From a virus (taxonomy: Duplodnaviria; Caudoviricetes): a stretch of DNA of 50,242 bases. Positions 8,184 to 17,060 of the stretch are shown one piece after another. The notes beneath the pieces were generated by a model that made no database searches, was not told the DNA's origin, and saw only the letters and a list, made by a program, of their open reading frames with translations. Positions within the stretch are counted from its first letter, which is position 1; each line of letters begins with the position of its first letter. The position numbers and the translations under genes were made by a program. The stretch is taken from the IMG/VR virus record IMGVR_UViG_3300006428_000045, positions 1 to 50,242 of that record. One strand, 5' to 3'.

Positions 8184-8895
8184 GGTCAAGGCAGGCGCAC
8201 GCTTCATCTACGGCGGCATTGAATGGGTCAAGCTTGAAACGCCGGACGCGGGGACCCTTGCGCTATCCGCCGAACCCGTCTTTGAACGGGCTTTCGATGA
8301 AGAGAACTGCAACGACTGGCGCAAGTCGTCTTTGCGCCGGGAACTGAACGGGACGTTCCTTGACGCGCTAGAAAAAGAGGGTGCAGACCGTGCGGCGTTC
8401 ATGGAGTTTGACAGCGACTTGACCGCCGACGACGGAATGAAGAATTACGGGTGCGCAACGGACCGTATCGCCCTTTTGTCGTGCGATATGTACCGCAAGT
8501 TCCGCGACCTTATCCCGCGTGTTGAAGATTGGTGCTGGACCCTGACCCCGTGGACGTGCGACCCTGAATACTCGTACTACGTCCACAACGTCACTTCTTC
8601 CGGCGCGCTGGACATCAGCATCGCGTACAGCGGCTACTACGGCGTTCGCCCGCTTTGCTATTTGAAATCTGAAATCTTGGTATCTATCCCCGGCGAAGAG
8701 GGCAAGGACAGCCACACCGCCGAAGACCTCGAAGAAGTGGCGAAAGACGCGTGCGACGCGATTCTTGAAGCGCTGAACGAATACCCCGCGGAAGCTTGGG
8801 GGACCGCGCTGGGCCTTGCGGTTACGTCCCTCTTCCAGTCGAAGCAGGACGCGGACGCGATCAAGCAGGACAGCGAAACGGCGGCGGAGGGTTAA
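8167..8895 (+). CDS. Remote DGR target protein (CLec-like domain with internal VR, acidic C-terminal extension)
   Basis: Contains VR2; WCWTLTP...YGVRPLC motif resembles 42411-44132 (WWLAD...NGVRPLC); SSLRRELN motif; AAGGAGG RBS. Confidence 0.85.
   Translation: MKHLCEVKAGARFIYGGIEWVKLETPDAGTLALSAEPVFERAFDEENCNDWRKSSLRRELNGTFLDALEKEGADRAAFMEFDSDLTADDGMKNYGCATDRIALLSCDMYRKFRDLIPRVEDWCWTLTPWTCDPEYSYYVHNVTSSGALDISIAYSGYYGVRPLCYLKSEILVSIPGEEGKDSHTAEDLEEVAKDACDAILEALNEYPAEAWGTALGLAVTSLFQSKQDADAIKQDSETAAEG
8569..8654 (+). repeat. DGR variable repeat VR2
   Basis: 86 nt align gap-free to TR 40957-41042; 11 mismatches, 10 at TR adenines. Confidence 0.93.
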
Positions 8896-9207
8896 GCCCT
8901 CCCCGCCGCCGCAGAAAAACAGCATAAAGAAAACCGCCCCGCGCCCACTCTACGAAAGCAGGCACGAAGCGGATTCCGCCGATGAAAATACATCAACTAT
9001 CAACCTAACGTGAGTATATCACATAACGGCGGAAAAGTCAATAATCAAAGCCGTTTTTGAGCGGCGTGGCGGGCTTGTATTGGGTATTATCGTTCCGACA
9101 AAGCCTTGTCACGTTCAAGTAAAAAAGCAGGGCCGGGAATCCGGGTCCCCGTCGTCCTCTTCTCGTTTCTCTTTTTCTCTTTACGCCGCCGAGAGTGATG
9201 GGGGTTC

Positions 9208-9257
9208 GCAAGGGGGAAGAGGGAGGGGGCGAGGACAGGAACCCTCTTCCCCCTTGC
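9208..9257. repeat. 16-bp perfect inverted repeat upstream of the Rep-like gene (candidate origin element)
   Basis: GCAAGGGGGAAGAGGG (9208-9223) / CCCTCTTCCCCCTTGC (9242-9257). Confidence 0.6.
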
Positions 9258-9331
9258 ACATAACAGATCAGCACAGGGCCGGAACGCAGGACACGCCCGC
9301 TTCATCATCGACCGAAAGAGGGTGAAGCGAA

Positions 9332-10153
9332 ATGCGAAGTTTCATGCGTGAAAAGAAGATTTATTGCGGTGACGCTTACAGGGAGGTTGATATATTTTCC
9401 TACACTGACACGCAGAAAACGGCTTCAAGCCGCGGGAAGCGGTCAAAAAAGGTCAAGGAATCCGAACCGAAGCAAAAGAACCTGAACGACAAGAACGCCA
9501 GGCGCTATTTCATTCAAACGGGAAACCTGAATTTCGGGGACGACCCGGACGCGCTTCACGTAACGACTACATATAGCGCAAAGAATCTCCCCGCCACCGT
9601 TGAGGACGCAGAGCAAGAAGCGACAAACTTTCTCCGTCGGGTCCAGTATCGCAGGGGGAAAGATGGCTTGCCGCCCTTGAAATATATGCTTGTCACAGCG
9701 TACACGACGGCCCGGAACAGCGAAAAGCCCGTTCGCATTCATCATCACATCATCATGGACGGAGGGCTTGACCGTGACACCGTGGAAGAGTTGTGGCGAA
9801 AGAGAAAGCGCAAGGGGCAGAAAAAAGGCGACAAGATCGGGTTTTGCAACGCGGACCGCCTGCAAGGGGACGAAAACGGAATAGCCGCCCTTTGCAATTA
9901 CCTTGCTAAGCAGTCCGGCGGGAAAAAGCGGTGGTCCTCTTCTCACAACCTCGAAAGGCCGTCGAGCCGGACGAATGATGGGCGGTATAACCGCCGTGAG
10001 GTTGAGAAAATCGCAAAGAGCAGACCGGGCCGGGAGTTCTGGGAAAAGAAATACCCCGGATGGACCCTGACGGACGAAGATTACGGCGTTCGATACGAAT
10101 ACAACGATTACACGGGGTGGTCAATCTACCTGAAATTGCGGCGGAAAGAATAG
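9332..10153 (+). CDS. HUH-endonuclease Rep-like replication initiator
   Basis: LHVTTTY (motif 1-like), RIHHHIIM (HUH), YLAKQ (YxxK). Confidence 0.7.
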   Translation: MRSFMREKKIYCGDAYREVDIFSYTDTQKTASSRGKRSKKVKESEPKQKNLNDKNARRYFIQTGNLNFGDDPDALHVTTTYSAKNLPATVEDAEQEATNFLRRVQYRRGKDGLPPLKYMLVTAYTTARNSEKPVRIHHHIIMDGGLDRDTVEELWRKRKRKGQKKGDKIGFCNADRLQGDENGIAALCNYLAKQSGGKKRWSSSHNLERPSSRTNDGRYNRREVEKIAKSRPGREFWEKKYPGWTLTDEDYGVRYEYNDYTGWSIYLKLRRKE

Positions 10154-10200
10154 GAGGGTTCACAAATGAAGCGTGAGTTCAGGAAACGGAGGGAATCAGC

Positions 10201-10746
10201 GTGACGGCGGAGCGGGAACGGCTTTTGCAGAAGATCAAGCGGGTTCAGGCGCTGGCCCGCCGCGGCGTAGACGGCGAACGCGATTCCGCCGCCGCCCTGC
10301 TTGAAAAGCTGATGAAGCAATACGGGATTGCGGAAGCCGACATTGCAGAAGAGCGCCGGGAAATGGCATGGTTCAGATTCAAAACAACGCTTGAAGAGCG
10401 GCTTTTAGATCAGATCATTTATTCCGTTGTGGGAGATCGGCCCGTATATGACCGAAAAAACCGCAACACAAACAGGAAATACAAGTTGCAAGGCGTGGAA
10501 TGCACCGCGGCGGAGCGGCTAGAAATTGAATTAAGCTTTGAGTTCTTCAACCGGGCTATGCAGGCGGAACTTGAACGCTTCTTCTCTGCTTTTGTGAATA
10601 AAAACGGAATATTCCCGTCGCCCGAAAAAGCGACACAATCGGCAAAACTGCCCAGCCCGGAAGAACTCGCAAAGCTTCAAGCCATGATGAACGGCATGGA
10701 CGAACACACCCGCCGGGCAATGCTTGAAAGCGGGGGTAAGAAATGA
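10201..10746 (+). CDS. DUF2786-like phage protein
   Basis: N-terminal LLQKIKRVQALA..GERDSAAALLEKLMKQY pattern. Confidence 0.6.
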   Translation: MTAERERLLQKIKRVQALARRGVDGERDSAAALLEKLMKQYGIAEADIAEERREMAWFRFKTTLEERLLDQIIYSVVGDRPVYDRKNRNTNRKYKLQGVECTAAERLEIELSFEFFNRAMQAELERFFSAFVNKNGIFPSPEKATQSAKLPSPEELAKLQAMMNGMDEHTRRAMLESGGKK

Positions 10747-10991
10747 ACGAGCGGGTTCGGACCGCGGCGGAGCCGATCACGTATTATGCGGAGGACGGGA
10801 CTATTTCAGCACGCGGCGGGTATGACGCGGCGGTTCAAAAGCTTTGCACGCTTGAAGATCAGCGGGAGCCGGAAGAGCGGTTCACATTTCATTTGACGGG
10901 AACCGGGGCCGCTTGTCCGCGGCGGGGAATCGAACTTGTTCTTTCCCGGCTTTACGATTACGAACACGGGAGGAAAGAACAATGCAGATAG
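10743..10991 (+). CDS. Hypothetical phage protein
   Basis: ATGA overlap; operon context. Confidence 0.55.
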   Translation: MNERVRTAAEPITYYAEDGTISARGGYDAAVQKLCTLEDQREPEERFTFHLTGTGAACPRRGIELVLSRLYDYEHGRKEQCR

Positions 10992-11581
10992 ACCAGCGGC
11001 GCGCGCTTCAACAGTATCAAAACAAGGTCAACAACGCGCAGGGGCATTTTTTCGAGGACTACATAAAAGCCGCTTGCGTCCTGTACTCTGACCGGGAGCG
11101 GGCCGACGTGGACAAGACCCCGGAGCCGTTCAGGGTGCTGGAGAAAAGCCGGGACGGGGTTTTCAAAGGGCGATTCACAGCACGCGCACAGCCTGATTTT
11201 CAAGGGACGCTTGACGGTGGGCGATCAATCGTTTTTGAAGCGAAGTACACCAGCACGGACCGCATGAAGCGGGATGTTCTGACACTGCCGCAGAAAGACG
11301 CGCTAGAGAGCCATGCGCGGCGGGGCGCTCTTTCCGCCGTCTGCATCGGAATCAATGATAGGTTCTTTTTCATCCCGTGGGAGATATGGCGGGACATGAA
11401 ACAGCATTTCGGGCGGTTATACGTAACCGCGGCGGACCTTGAAGAATACCGGGTGCGCTTCAATGGTTCGGTTCTCTTTTTGGATTACGTTCACGAAAGG
11501 AGCGGGAGCAATGAAAAATCAGAAACAGCACACGCGGAAACTGACGGTCCGGGTCACGCCGCAAACGGCGTTCAACCTTGA
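10982..11581 (+). CDS. recU: Holliday junction resolvase, RecU family
   Basis: QGHFFE, KTPEPF, QPDFQG, VFEAKYT motifs. Confidence 0.8.
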   Translation: MQIDQRRALQQYQNKVNNAQGHFFEDYIKAACVLYSDRERADVDKTPEPFRVLEKSRDGVFKGRFTARAQPDFQGTLDGGRSIVFEAKYTSTDRMKRDVLTLPQKDALESHARRGALSAVCIGINDRFFFIPWEIWRDMKQHFGRLYVTAADLEEYRVRFNGSVLFLDYVHERSGSNEKSETAHAETDGPGHAANGVQP

Positions 11582-11681
11582 ACGGCTTGCACAGATCAGC
11601 GGGCAGAAAACGCCCGGAAGAATCGTTGACAAGCTGGTTCGTGAGAAAATGCTGGCCTTGCGCTTCCACGACGGGGAATAA
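11511..11681 (+). CDS. Small putative ribbon-helix-helix protein
   Basis: KLTVRVT strand followed by two helices. Confidence 0.45.
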   Translation: MKNQKQHTRKLTVRVTPQTAFNLERLAQISGQKTPGRIVDKLVREKMLALRFHDGE

Positions 11682-11684
11682 ACC

Positions 11685-12380
11685 GTGTTTGATCTGAACC
11701 GCCTTTACAATCTTGACTGCATGGACGCAATGAAAGAAATCCCGGACAAGTTCTTTCAGCTTGCTATATGCGACCCGCCTTACGGTATCGGACACGACGG
11801 ACAGCGAAAACGGGTTCACAACAACCCGAAGCACAACCGAAAATTCCATGAAAAAGAGGGGTGGGACAAAGAGCCGCCCGGCCCCGAATACTTCCGGGAA
11901 CTCGAACGGATTTCGGAAAATCAAATCATTTTCGGCGGTAATTATTTCGTCGGGTCCCTCCAAAAAGGAACAAAAGGCTGGATTGTTTGGGATAAAGGGC
12001 AACACGGGCTTTCAATGAGCGATTGCGAACTTGCCTATTCCTCGTTCGATTGCCCGACACGGGTTTTCATTCTTAACCGGGCGGCATTGCAGAGCGACGG
12101 GCCGACGATTCACCCGACGCAAAAGCCTGTTCGCCTGTACGAATGGATTTTGCAGAACTACGCACAGCCGGGCGACCGCATCATTGACACGCACGCCGGG
12201 AGCGCCGCAAGCCTTGTCGCCTGCTGGAATATGGGGTTTGAGTACATCGGGTTTGAAAAGAACCCGCATATCTACCAAAAAGCAAAAGCGCGTTTGGACG
12301 CAGTAACGGCGCAAATTCGCCTTTGGGACTATGCAGACAAAAACCAAACAAATTTATTTGAAACGGAGGAAGCAAAATGA
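11685..12380 (+). CDS. Orphan N6-adenine/N4-cytosine DNA methyltransferase (beta class)
   Basis: DPPY motif IV, HPTQKP, motif I variant IIDTHAGSAAS; no cognate restriction gene adjacent. Confidence 0.87.
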   Translation: MFDLNRLYNLDCMDAMKEIPDKFFQLAICDPPYGIGHDGQRKRVHNNPKHNRKFHEKEGWDKEPPGPEYFRELERISENQIIFGGNYFVGSLQKGTKGWIVWDKGQHGLSMSDCELAYSSFDCPTRVFILNRAALQSDGPTIHPTQKPVRLYEWILQNYAQPGDRIIDTHAGSAASLVACWNMGFEYIGFEKNPHIYQKAKARLDAVTAQIRLWDYADKNQTNLFETEEAK

Positions 12381-12679
12381 CCGCGGGAATGCTGATTGTA
12401 ATTGTCTATTGGGTAATCTTCACCATTCGGAAAGGCTTTACGCCAAAACTCACGCGGGCGGCGCGGGCGAACGCCTACGACATTAACCGAACCGAAGACA
12501 GTACGGAAGAACGAAAGGCCGCAGAGCGGAAGCGTAAGCCGCTGGCGGCGGCAAAATGGGCCTTACGCATAGCGGGATGGGTTGAAAACGTGCTTTTGTT
12601 CCTAATGCTTGCATGGATTGTCTTTTTAATCGGCGCATTACTGACGGGAACCGTTATCGCGTTCGGATACCCGGTGTAA
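12377..12679 (+). CDS. Membrane protein
   Basis: Hydrophobic N- and C-terminal segments. Confidence 0.6.
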   Translation: MTAGMLIVIVYWVIFTIRKGFTPKLTRAARANAYDINRTEDSTEERKAAERKRKPLAAAKWALRIAGWVENVLLFLMLAWIVFLIGALLTGTVIAFGYPV

Positions 12680-12693
12680 AGGCGGCGGCGGGA

Positions 12694-12921
12694 ATGAAGA
12701 TTCAACAGTGTGAACGTTGCGGCGCGCAGACGGCGGAGGGCTTGCCGCTCTGCCCGGATTGTATGAAAGCCGCAGGCGCGGCGGAAGAAGAAATAACCGC
12801 GGCGGAGCAATTGCGGGATATTGCACGGGTCCTTTCTATCACGGAAAACACCGACTCGAATATTCGGGACGCTGTAACGGGCATTTTGAATATCGCTGAC
12901 AGACTGGAAAGGAGGAAATAA
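12694..12921 (+). CDS. Zn-finger hypothetical protein
   Basis: CERC...CPDC. Confidence 0.6.
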   Translation: MKIQQCERCGAQTAEGLPLCPDCMKAAGAAEEEITAAEQLRDIARVLSITENTDSNIRDAVTGILNIADRLERRK

Positions 12922-12923
12922 CG

Positions 12924-13058
12924 GTGGAGTTCGTAAGGTTCATTTTTTCAAGCTTTTGGATTTGGCTGGGGTTCCTGATTCTGATTGCGGCGACCGGGGA
13001 AGCAGTTGCACAGATCGTCCATGAAATCAGAGGAAAGAACGGCGGTGACGATGAATGA
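12924..13058 (+). CDS. Small membrane peptide (44 aa, not in ORF track)
   Basis: GGAGG RBS, GTG start, hydrophobic FIFSSFWIWLGFLILI, stop overlaps next ATG. Confidence 0.5.
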   Translation: MEFVRFIFSSFWIWLGFLILIAATGEAVAQIVHEIRGKNGGDDE

Positions 13059-13489
13059 AAGCATACACAGTATACCAGCCTTACGCATTCGCAACCGTCG
13101 CCGGATTGAAGCACAATGAAACCCGCCCGCGGCGGACAAGCATTCGGGGCCGTGTAGCGGTACACGCCGGGAAAAAGGACCCGCGTTCGGTTATGGAAAG
13201 CCTGAAAGCGGAGGTGCAACAGGAGATATTCAACGCCGCATATTTGCGGTTTGAGATTCAAGGTGGAGCGTTAGAAAAAATGTATGCGGGCGCAGTTGTC
13301 GGCACGGTTGAAATTGTCGATTGCGTCCCCGTCGAAGAGATCGTGAACACCTTGACCGAGCGGGAGCGGTTGCTGGGCGACTATTCGCCGGGGCGGTTCG
13401 CATGGGTGCTTCAAAACCCGGTCATGTTTGAAACGCCGATTCCGGCCCGCGGTCAACAGGGCTGGTGGAATTGGGAGGGCAACGCATGA
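13055..13489 (+). CDS. ASCH domain protein
   Basis: TVYQPYA..GLKHNETR..RGRVAVHAG and C-terminal RGQQGWW. Confidence 0.85.
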   Translation: MKAYTVYQPYAFATVAGLKHNETRPRRTSIRGRVAVHAGKKDPRSVMESLKAEVQQEIFNAAYLRFEIQGGALEKMYAGAVVGTVEIVDCVPVEEIVNTLTERERLLGDYSPGRFAWVLQNPVMFETPIPARGQQGWWNWEGNA

Positions 13490-13737
13490 TTTACAAGGAC
13501 GTTTGCATTCCGGCTTGCCAGAATAGGTGCTTTGAACGCCTGATAGATGAAACGGAGAAGCAAAACACTGTTGCAGGGGTAAAACCGAAGTTACGTCAAC
13601 ACGCGTTTGGACGTTGTAGCGTTGAAGCTTTGCGGTACTCGGAACGACTGAAACGGCACGGGAAAAGGGCAAACGGGAATTACCTTTCAGAGCGGTGGAC
13701 GCATTGCCCGCTTTGCGGTGAAAAATTGGAGGGGTGA
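13486..13737 (+). CDS. Cys-rich hypothetical protein
   Basis: ATGA overlap; HCPLCG terminus. Confidence 0.55.
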   Translation: MIYKDVCIPACQNRCFERLIDETEKQNTVAGVKPKLRQHAFGRCSVEALRYSERLKRHGKRANGNYLSERWTHCPLCGEKLEG

Positions 13738-13743
13738 AAACAC

Positions 13744-14217
13744 ATGAGCTATCAACCAAAAGTTATTCGTTGCCGCCTGAAAACGGGCGGTAAGACCATT
13801 CAGCAAATCCGGGAGCAATACAAGGGTCAAGGGCTTACATACCGGGATTTTGAGAATATCCAGCGGGCAAATGAGGAATTCAACGGCCTTGTCGTCCTGC
13901 TGTCCCTTTGGGACTACGACCACCACGCCAGCTATCACCTGCATAATTGGGAACCCGTAGACGATGAACGCATGATGATGGGGCTTTACTACTCCGAACA
14001 GATACACCCGTACCCCCGGTATAAAAACGACCTCGACAAATTCAAGGCGGATTGGGCCGGGAAAACATACGACCCCGGCGCGGTTCTCTGCTTTGACCCG
14101 GCGGACGTTGAGGAAATAGAAGTGCTATGCGAAGAAGTGATTCCGACGAACCCGTCAACCGCTTCACCGCCGCCGCAGAACCGCACAAAGAAGAAAAAGA
14201 CGCGGCGGAGGAAGTGA
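13744..14217 (+). CDS. Hypothetical phage protein
   Basis: GGAGG RBS. Confidence 0.65.
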   Translation: MSYQPKVIRCRLKTGGKTIQQIREQYKGQGLTYRDFENIQRANEEFNGLVVLLSLWDYDHHASYHLHNWEPVDDERMMMGLYYSEQIHPYPRYKNDLDKFKADWAGKTYDPGAVLCFDPADVEEIEVLCEEVIPTNPSTASPPPQNRTKKKKTRRRK

Positions 14218-14226
14218 GGGCGGCAC

Positions 14227-14826
14227 ATGGAAACCGATCTGACAAAAAGAATCAAACGGCGACTTCACGACTTCCGCCCGGCGTTTAGTAGCAGTATGCG
14301 GACGATCAGGTGGGCCGAAGAAGTGCAGACCCCGACGGGGTATGTTGATGTTATCCGCTTTGAAGATTACGTGGAGCGGGACGACAGCTTTTGCGCAGTT
14401 CTTGATATGCGAAGCGAGTTGCCGACGAACGCATTCAAGCGGGAATGCAAGGTTCCGGGAGAAACGTTTCCGAACAAGCATTGCCGCGGGTGCTTCTTCA
14501 AGCGGAACGTTCACCGTATGGGGATTCTAACGACTTGCTTTGAGGTGAAAATAACGGTTTCGGACTTCAAAAGTGAGAACGGACACAACTTCCACGGAAA
14601 CCGAAATTATTACACGGTCCCGGTTGACATTTACGATAAGGTGAAAGACCTTGTGCCGCCGGGTATAGGAATAATCGTGTTTTACCCGGAATCGGCGCAC
14701 ATGGTAGTAAAGCGGGAAAGCGAACAACGGGAAATCGGGGCCGAAGCCCTGTCCCGCCTACTTTATGACGCGCTCAAAAAATGGATTGACGGAACGGAGG
14801 AAACAAGCTATGCAGAACAGCAATGA
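14227..14826 (+). CDS. Putative PD-(D/E)xK nuclease (MmcB-like)
   Basis: EEV..GYVDVI..CFEVKITVSDF. Confidence 0.55.
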   Translation: METDLTKRIKRRLHDFRPAFSSSMRTIRWAEEVQTPTGYVDVIRFEDYVERDDSFCAVLDMRSELPTNAFKRECKVPGETFPNKHCRGCFFKRNVHRMGILTTCFEVKITVSDFKSENGHNFHGNRNYYTVPVDIYDKVKDLVPPGIGIIVFYPESAHMVVKRESEQREIGAEALSRLLYDALKKWIDGTEETSYAEQQ

Positions 14827-15040
14827 ACAGACGCGCGGAACGGTTCGCCGACTGGTGGACAAGTTCAGCGTAAAGGACTATGAAGCGGCCCACGCCGCGA
14901 TTGACGGGCTGACCGCGGCAGGGTTTGACGTTGACGTGAAAATAACGTTGCCTACCCCGCAGGGCATGGGAATGGGTAAGTCGGAACTTATGTTGAACGG
15001 AGCGGTTACGGTTATCACAGTGTTTCGGAAAGAGGGGTAA
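14810..15040 (+). CDS. Hypothetical phage protein
   Basis: GGAGG RBS. Confidence 0.55.
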   Translation: MQNSNEQTRGTVRRLVDKFSVKDYEAAHAAIDGLTAAGFDVDVKITLPTPQGMGMGKSELMLNGAVTVITVFRKEG

Positions 15041-15199
15041 GAACATTAACGAGCGGGACAATTTGGACAATGCGCTGGAGGAATTCAAAGTGAAATTGCT
15101 GGGCCTCCAGCCGTTCAAGAGGGTTTATGCCGCGTTGATTGCCACCCTCGACGGCCTGACATGGGTTTTTGAAAAGATTTTGGAATGGAGGAAATGAAA

Positions 15200-15433
15200 A
15201 TGAAGTTAGCACAATTTAACGCCTATTGCCCTTTTGAGATCGGCGACAAGATCAGGGACATAACGGGACGGGTTCACGAAATCACGGACATTGCTTGCGT
15301 TCACTACGTCCACAATGGAATGGTTGAATTCCGTTTTGAACTGGACAAATCCGGGAAGTATGCCCCGATTGAGGTTCAGGACGCGCCGCCGGAAGTGCGG
15401 GTGCGCATGATTCAGCGGGAGGAACGAAAATGA
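15200..15433 (+). CDS. Hypothetical phage protein
   Basis: GGAGG RBS; CPFEIGDKI pattern. Confidence 0.6.
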   Translation: MKLAQFNAYCPFEIGDKIRDITGRVHEITDIACVHYVHNGMVEFRFELDKSGKYAPIEVQDAPPEVRVRMIQREERK

Positions 15434-15732
15434 AGAGGTATGCGGAAGAATCGGTTTTCAAAATTGCAACCACGAAAACGGCCCTTAAAATCGAAATATC
15501 GCTGAAAGACCTTGTGTTTCTCTTCAATGAAAGCCCGAACAATGGGTACGGAGAAAGCCCCATCAAGATAAAACGTGGACGGCGGGCAGAGTTTGCGGAC
15601 TTTATCGCCCGGTATATCACAGAATCGGAAGATCAGGAAACGGGCGACAATCCAATTATGCAAATGTTTGAAAAAGCGTTTATTGAGATTTTCGAGAGTT
15701 ACGAAGAGTTTTGCACATACCCGGAAGAATAA
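15430..15732 (+). CDS. Hypothetical phage protein
   Basis: ATGA overlap; RBS. Confidence 0.6.
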   Translation: MKRYAEESVFKIATTKTALKIEISLKDLVFLFNESPNNGYGESPIKIKRGRRAEFADFIARYITESEDQETGDNPIMQMFEKAFIEIFESYEEFCTYPEE

Positions 15733-15775
15733 CCCCCGTCGTCGAGCGGGTCAATTCAAAAAGGAGGATTGCACG

Positions 15776-16546
15776 ATGGAAACTATCTCAATTATCAACC
15801 TGAAAGGCGGCGTTGCAAAGACGCTGACCGCTGACAGCATGGCGCACGTCCTCGCGGTTTTCTACAAGAAGCGGGTTTTGCTTGTGGATAACGACAAGCA
15901 GGGCAACACTTCAAAGGCATTCGGGGTTCATTCATACGATGAAAAGAGCGTTTCGGACATTCTTACCGCGCGGCGGATTGACATTCACGAAGTAATCAAA
16001 AAGACCCGTTTTGAGAACATTGACGTATTACCCGCTAACATGACACTGATTCGGGCGAATCTGGAAGTATTGATGGACAGTACCCGGCCCCAGCAAACGC
16101 GCCTACGGGCCGCGCTGGACCCCGTAGCGGGTGAATATGATTACTGCATCATAGACAACGCCCCGGACATCAACATTTCGACCATCAATGCGCTTGTCGC
16201 GTCTGACAACGTAATTATTCCGATTAAGATTGACAAATACGCTTTTGACGGGCTGGAAGAACTCAAAGAGCAGATCGAGGACACGCGGGACGACCTAAAC
16301 CCGCGCTTGCGGCTGGCGGGTTGCCTTATCACCTGTTTTCAGCGGACAGACGCAGACGCGCAGGGCGAAGAATGGTTGAAAGCAAAGCCGGAATACCCGG
16401 TGTTTGACACGCACATTCGATATTCAGAGAAAGTCACAGAAAGCACCTTTGCAGAATCCCCCATTGTGGAATACAGCCGCCGGAGCGGGGCCGCAATGGA
16501 CTACATCAAGTTTGTTCAGGAGTATTTGGGGAGGGGCAAACAGTGA
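15776..16546 (+). CDS. parA: ParA/Soj-family ATPase
   Basis: Deviant Walker A NLKGGVAKT, LLVDNDKQGN, IIDNAP. Confidence 0.9.
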   Translation: METISIINLKGGVAKTLTADSMAHVLAVFYKKRVLLVDNDKQGNTSKAFGVHSYDEKSVSDILTARRIDIHEVIKKTRFENIDVLPANMTLIRANLEVLMDSTRPQQTRLRAALDPVAGEYDYCIIDNAPDINISTINALVASDNVIIPIKIDKYAFDGLEELKEQIEDTRDDLNPRLRLAGCLITCFQRTDADAQGEEWLKAKPEYPVFDTHIRYSEKVTESTFAESPIVEYSRRSGAAMDYIKFVQEYLGRGKQ

Positions 16547-16758
16547 AACAGAAAAACGCCGCCCCTGAATACTGCAAAAACAACAAAAAGAAGATTCGTG
16601 CTTATCAATGCAAGCTTTGTGACAGGCTGGACGTTGACGACGCGACGGACAAGCTATTTTGCCGTGCGGGATTTTGGCCCGGTTGTGGCGAACCTGATGG
16701 TTGCCGGAAAGCTTTTAGGCCGATTGAGGGCAAAGGCAGAATCGGCGTTCATCGGTGA
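16543..16758 (+). CDS. Cys-rich hypothetical protein
   Basis: GTGA overlap with parA. Confidence 0.5.
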   Translation: MKQKNAAPEYCKNNKKKIRAYQCKLCDRLDVDDATDKLFCRAGFWPGCGEPDGCRKAFRPIEGKGRIGVHR

Positions 16759-16790
16759 TTTGTCCGAATCGGACAGAAAGGAGCGGGGCA

Positions 16791-17060
16791 ATGAATGATG
16801 GTTGCGGAAGAGAGATACTTAGTGACTACTACGTTTCAAACTGCCTGATTGAAGCTGTTAAAGCAAAAATCCATGACCGCCGGGTGCGCATCGTCAAGCG
16901 GCACGTAAAAGGAGAAATTCTTCCACATTTTCTATGGGGCGTGAAAGGGAGCGGCTATCTTTACGATTTTGGGACAGACCACGCAATACTTACGCCGCTA
17001 TTGTATCGAGGGTATCTCCGCAGAAGAAAGGAGCGTTTCACATGGGTAAATTCAATCTGA
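16791..17060 (+). CDS. Hypothetical phage protein
   Basis: AAGGAG RBS. Confidence 0.5.
   Translation: MNDGCGREILSDYYVSNCLIEAVKAKIHDRRVRIVKRHVKGEILPHFLWGVKGSGYLYDFGTDHAILTPLLYRGYLRRRKERFTWVNSI

Noticed and set aside
9038-9325. Short ORFs in the gap upstream of the Rep-like gene
   Set aside because: Low-complexity translations over an inverted repeat; no convincing RBS; more likely non-coding
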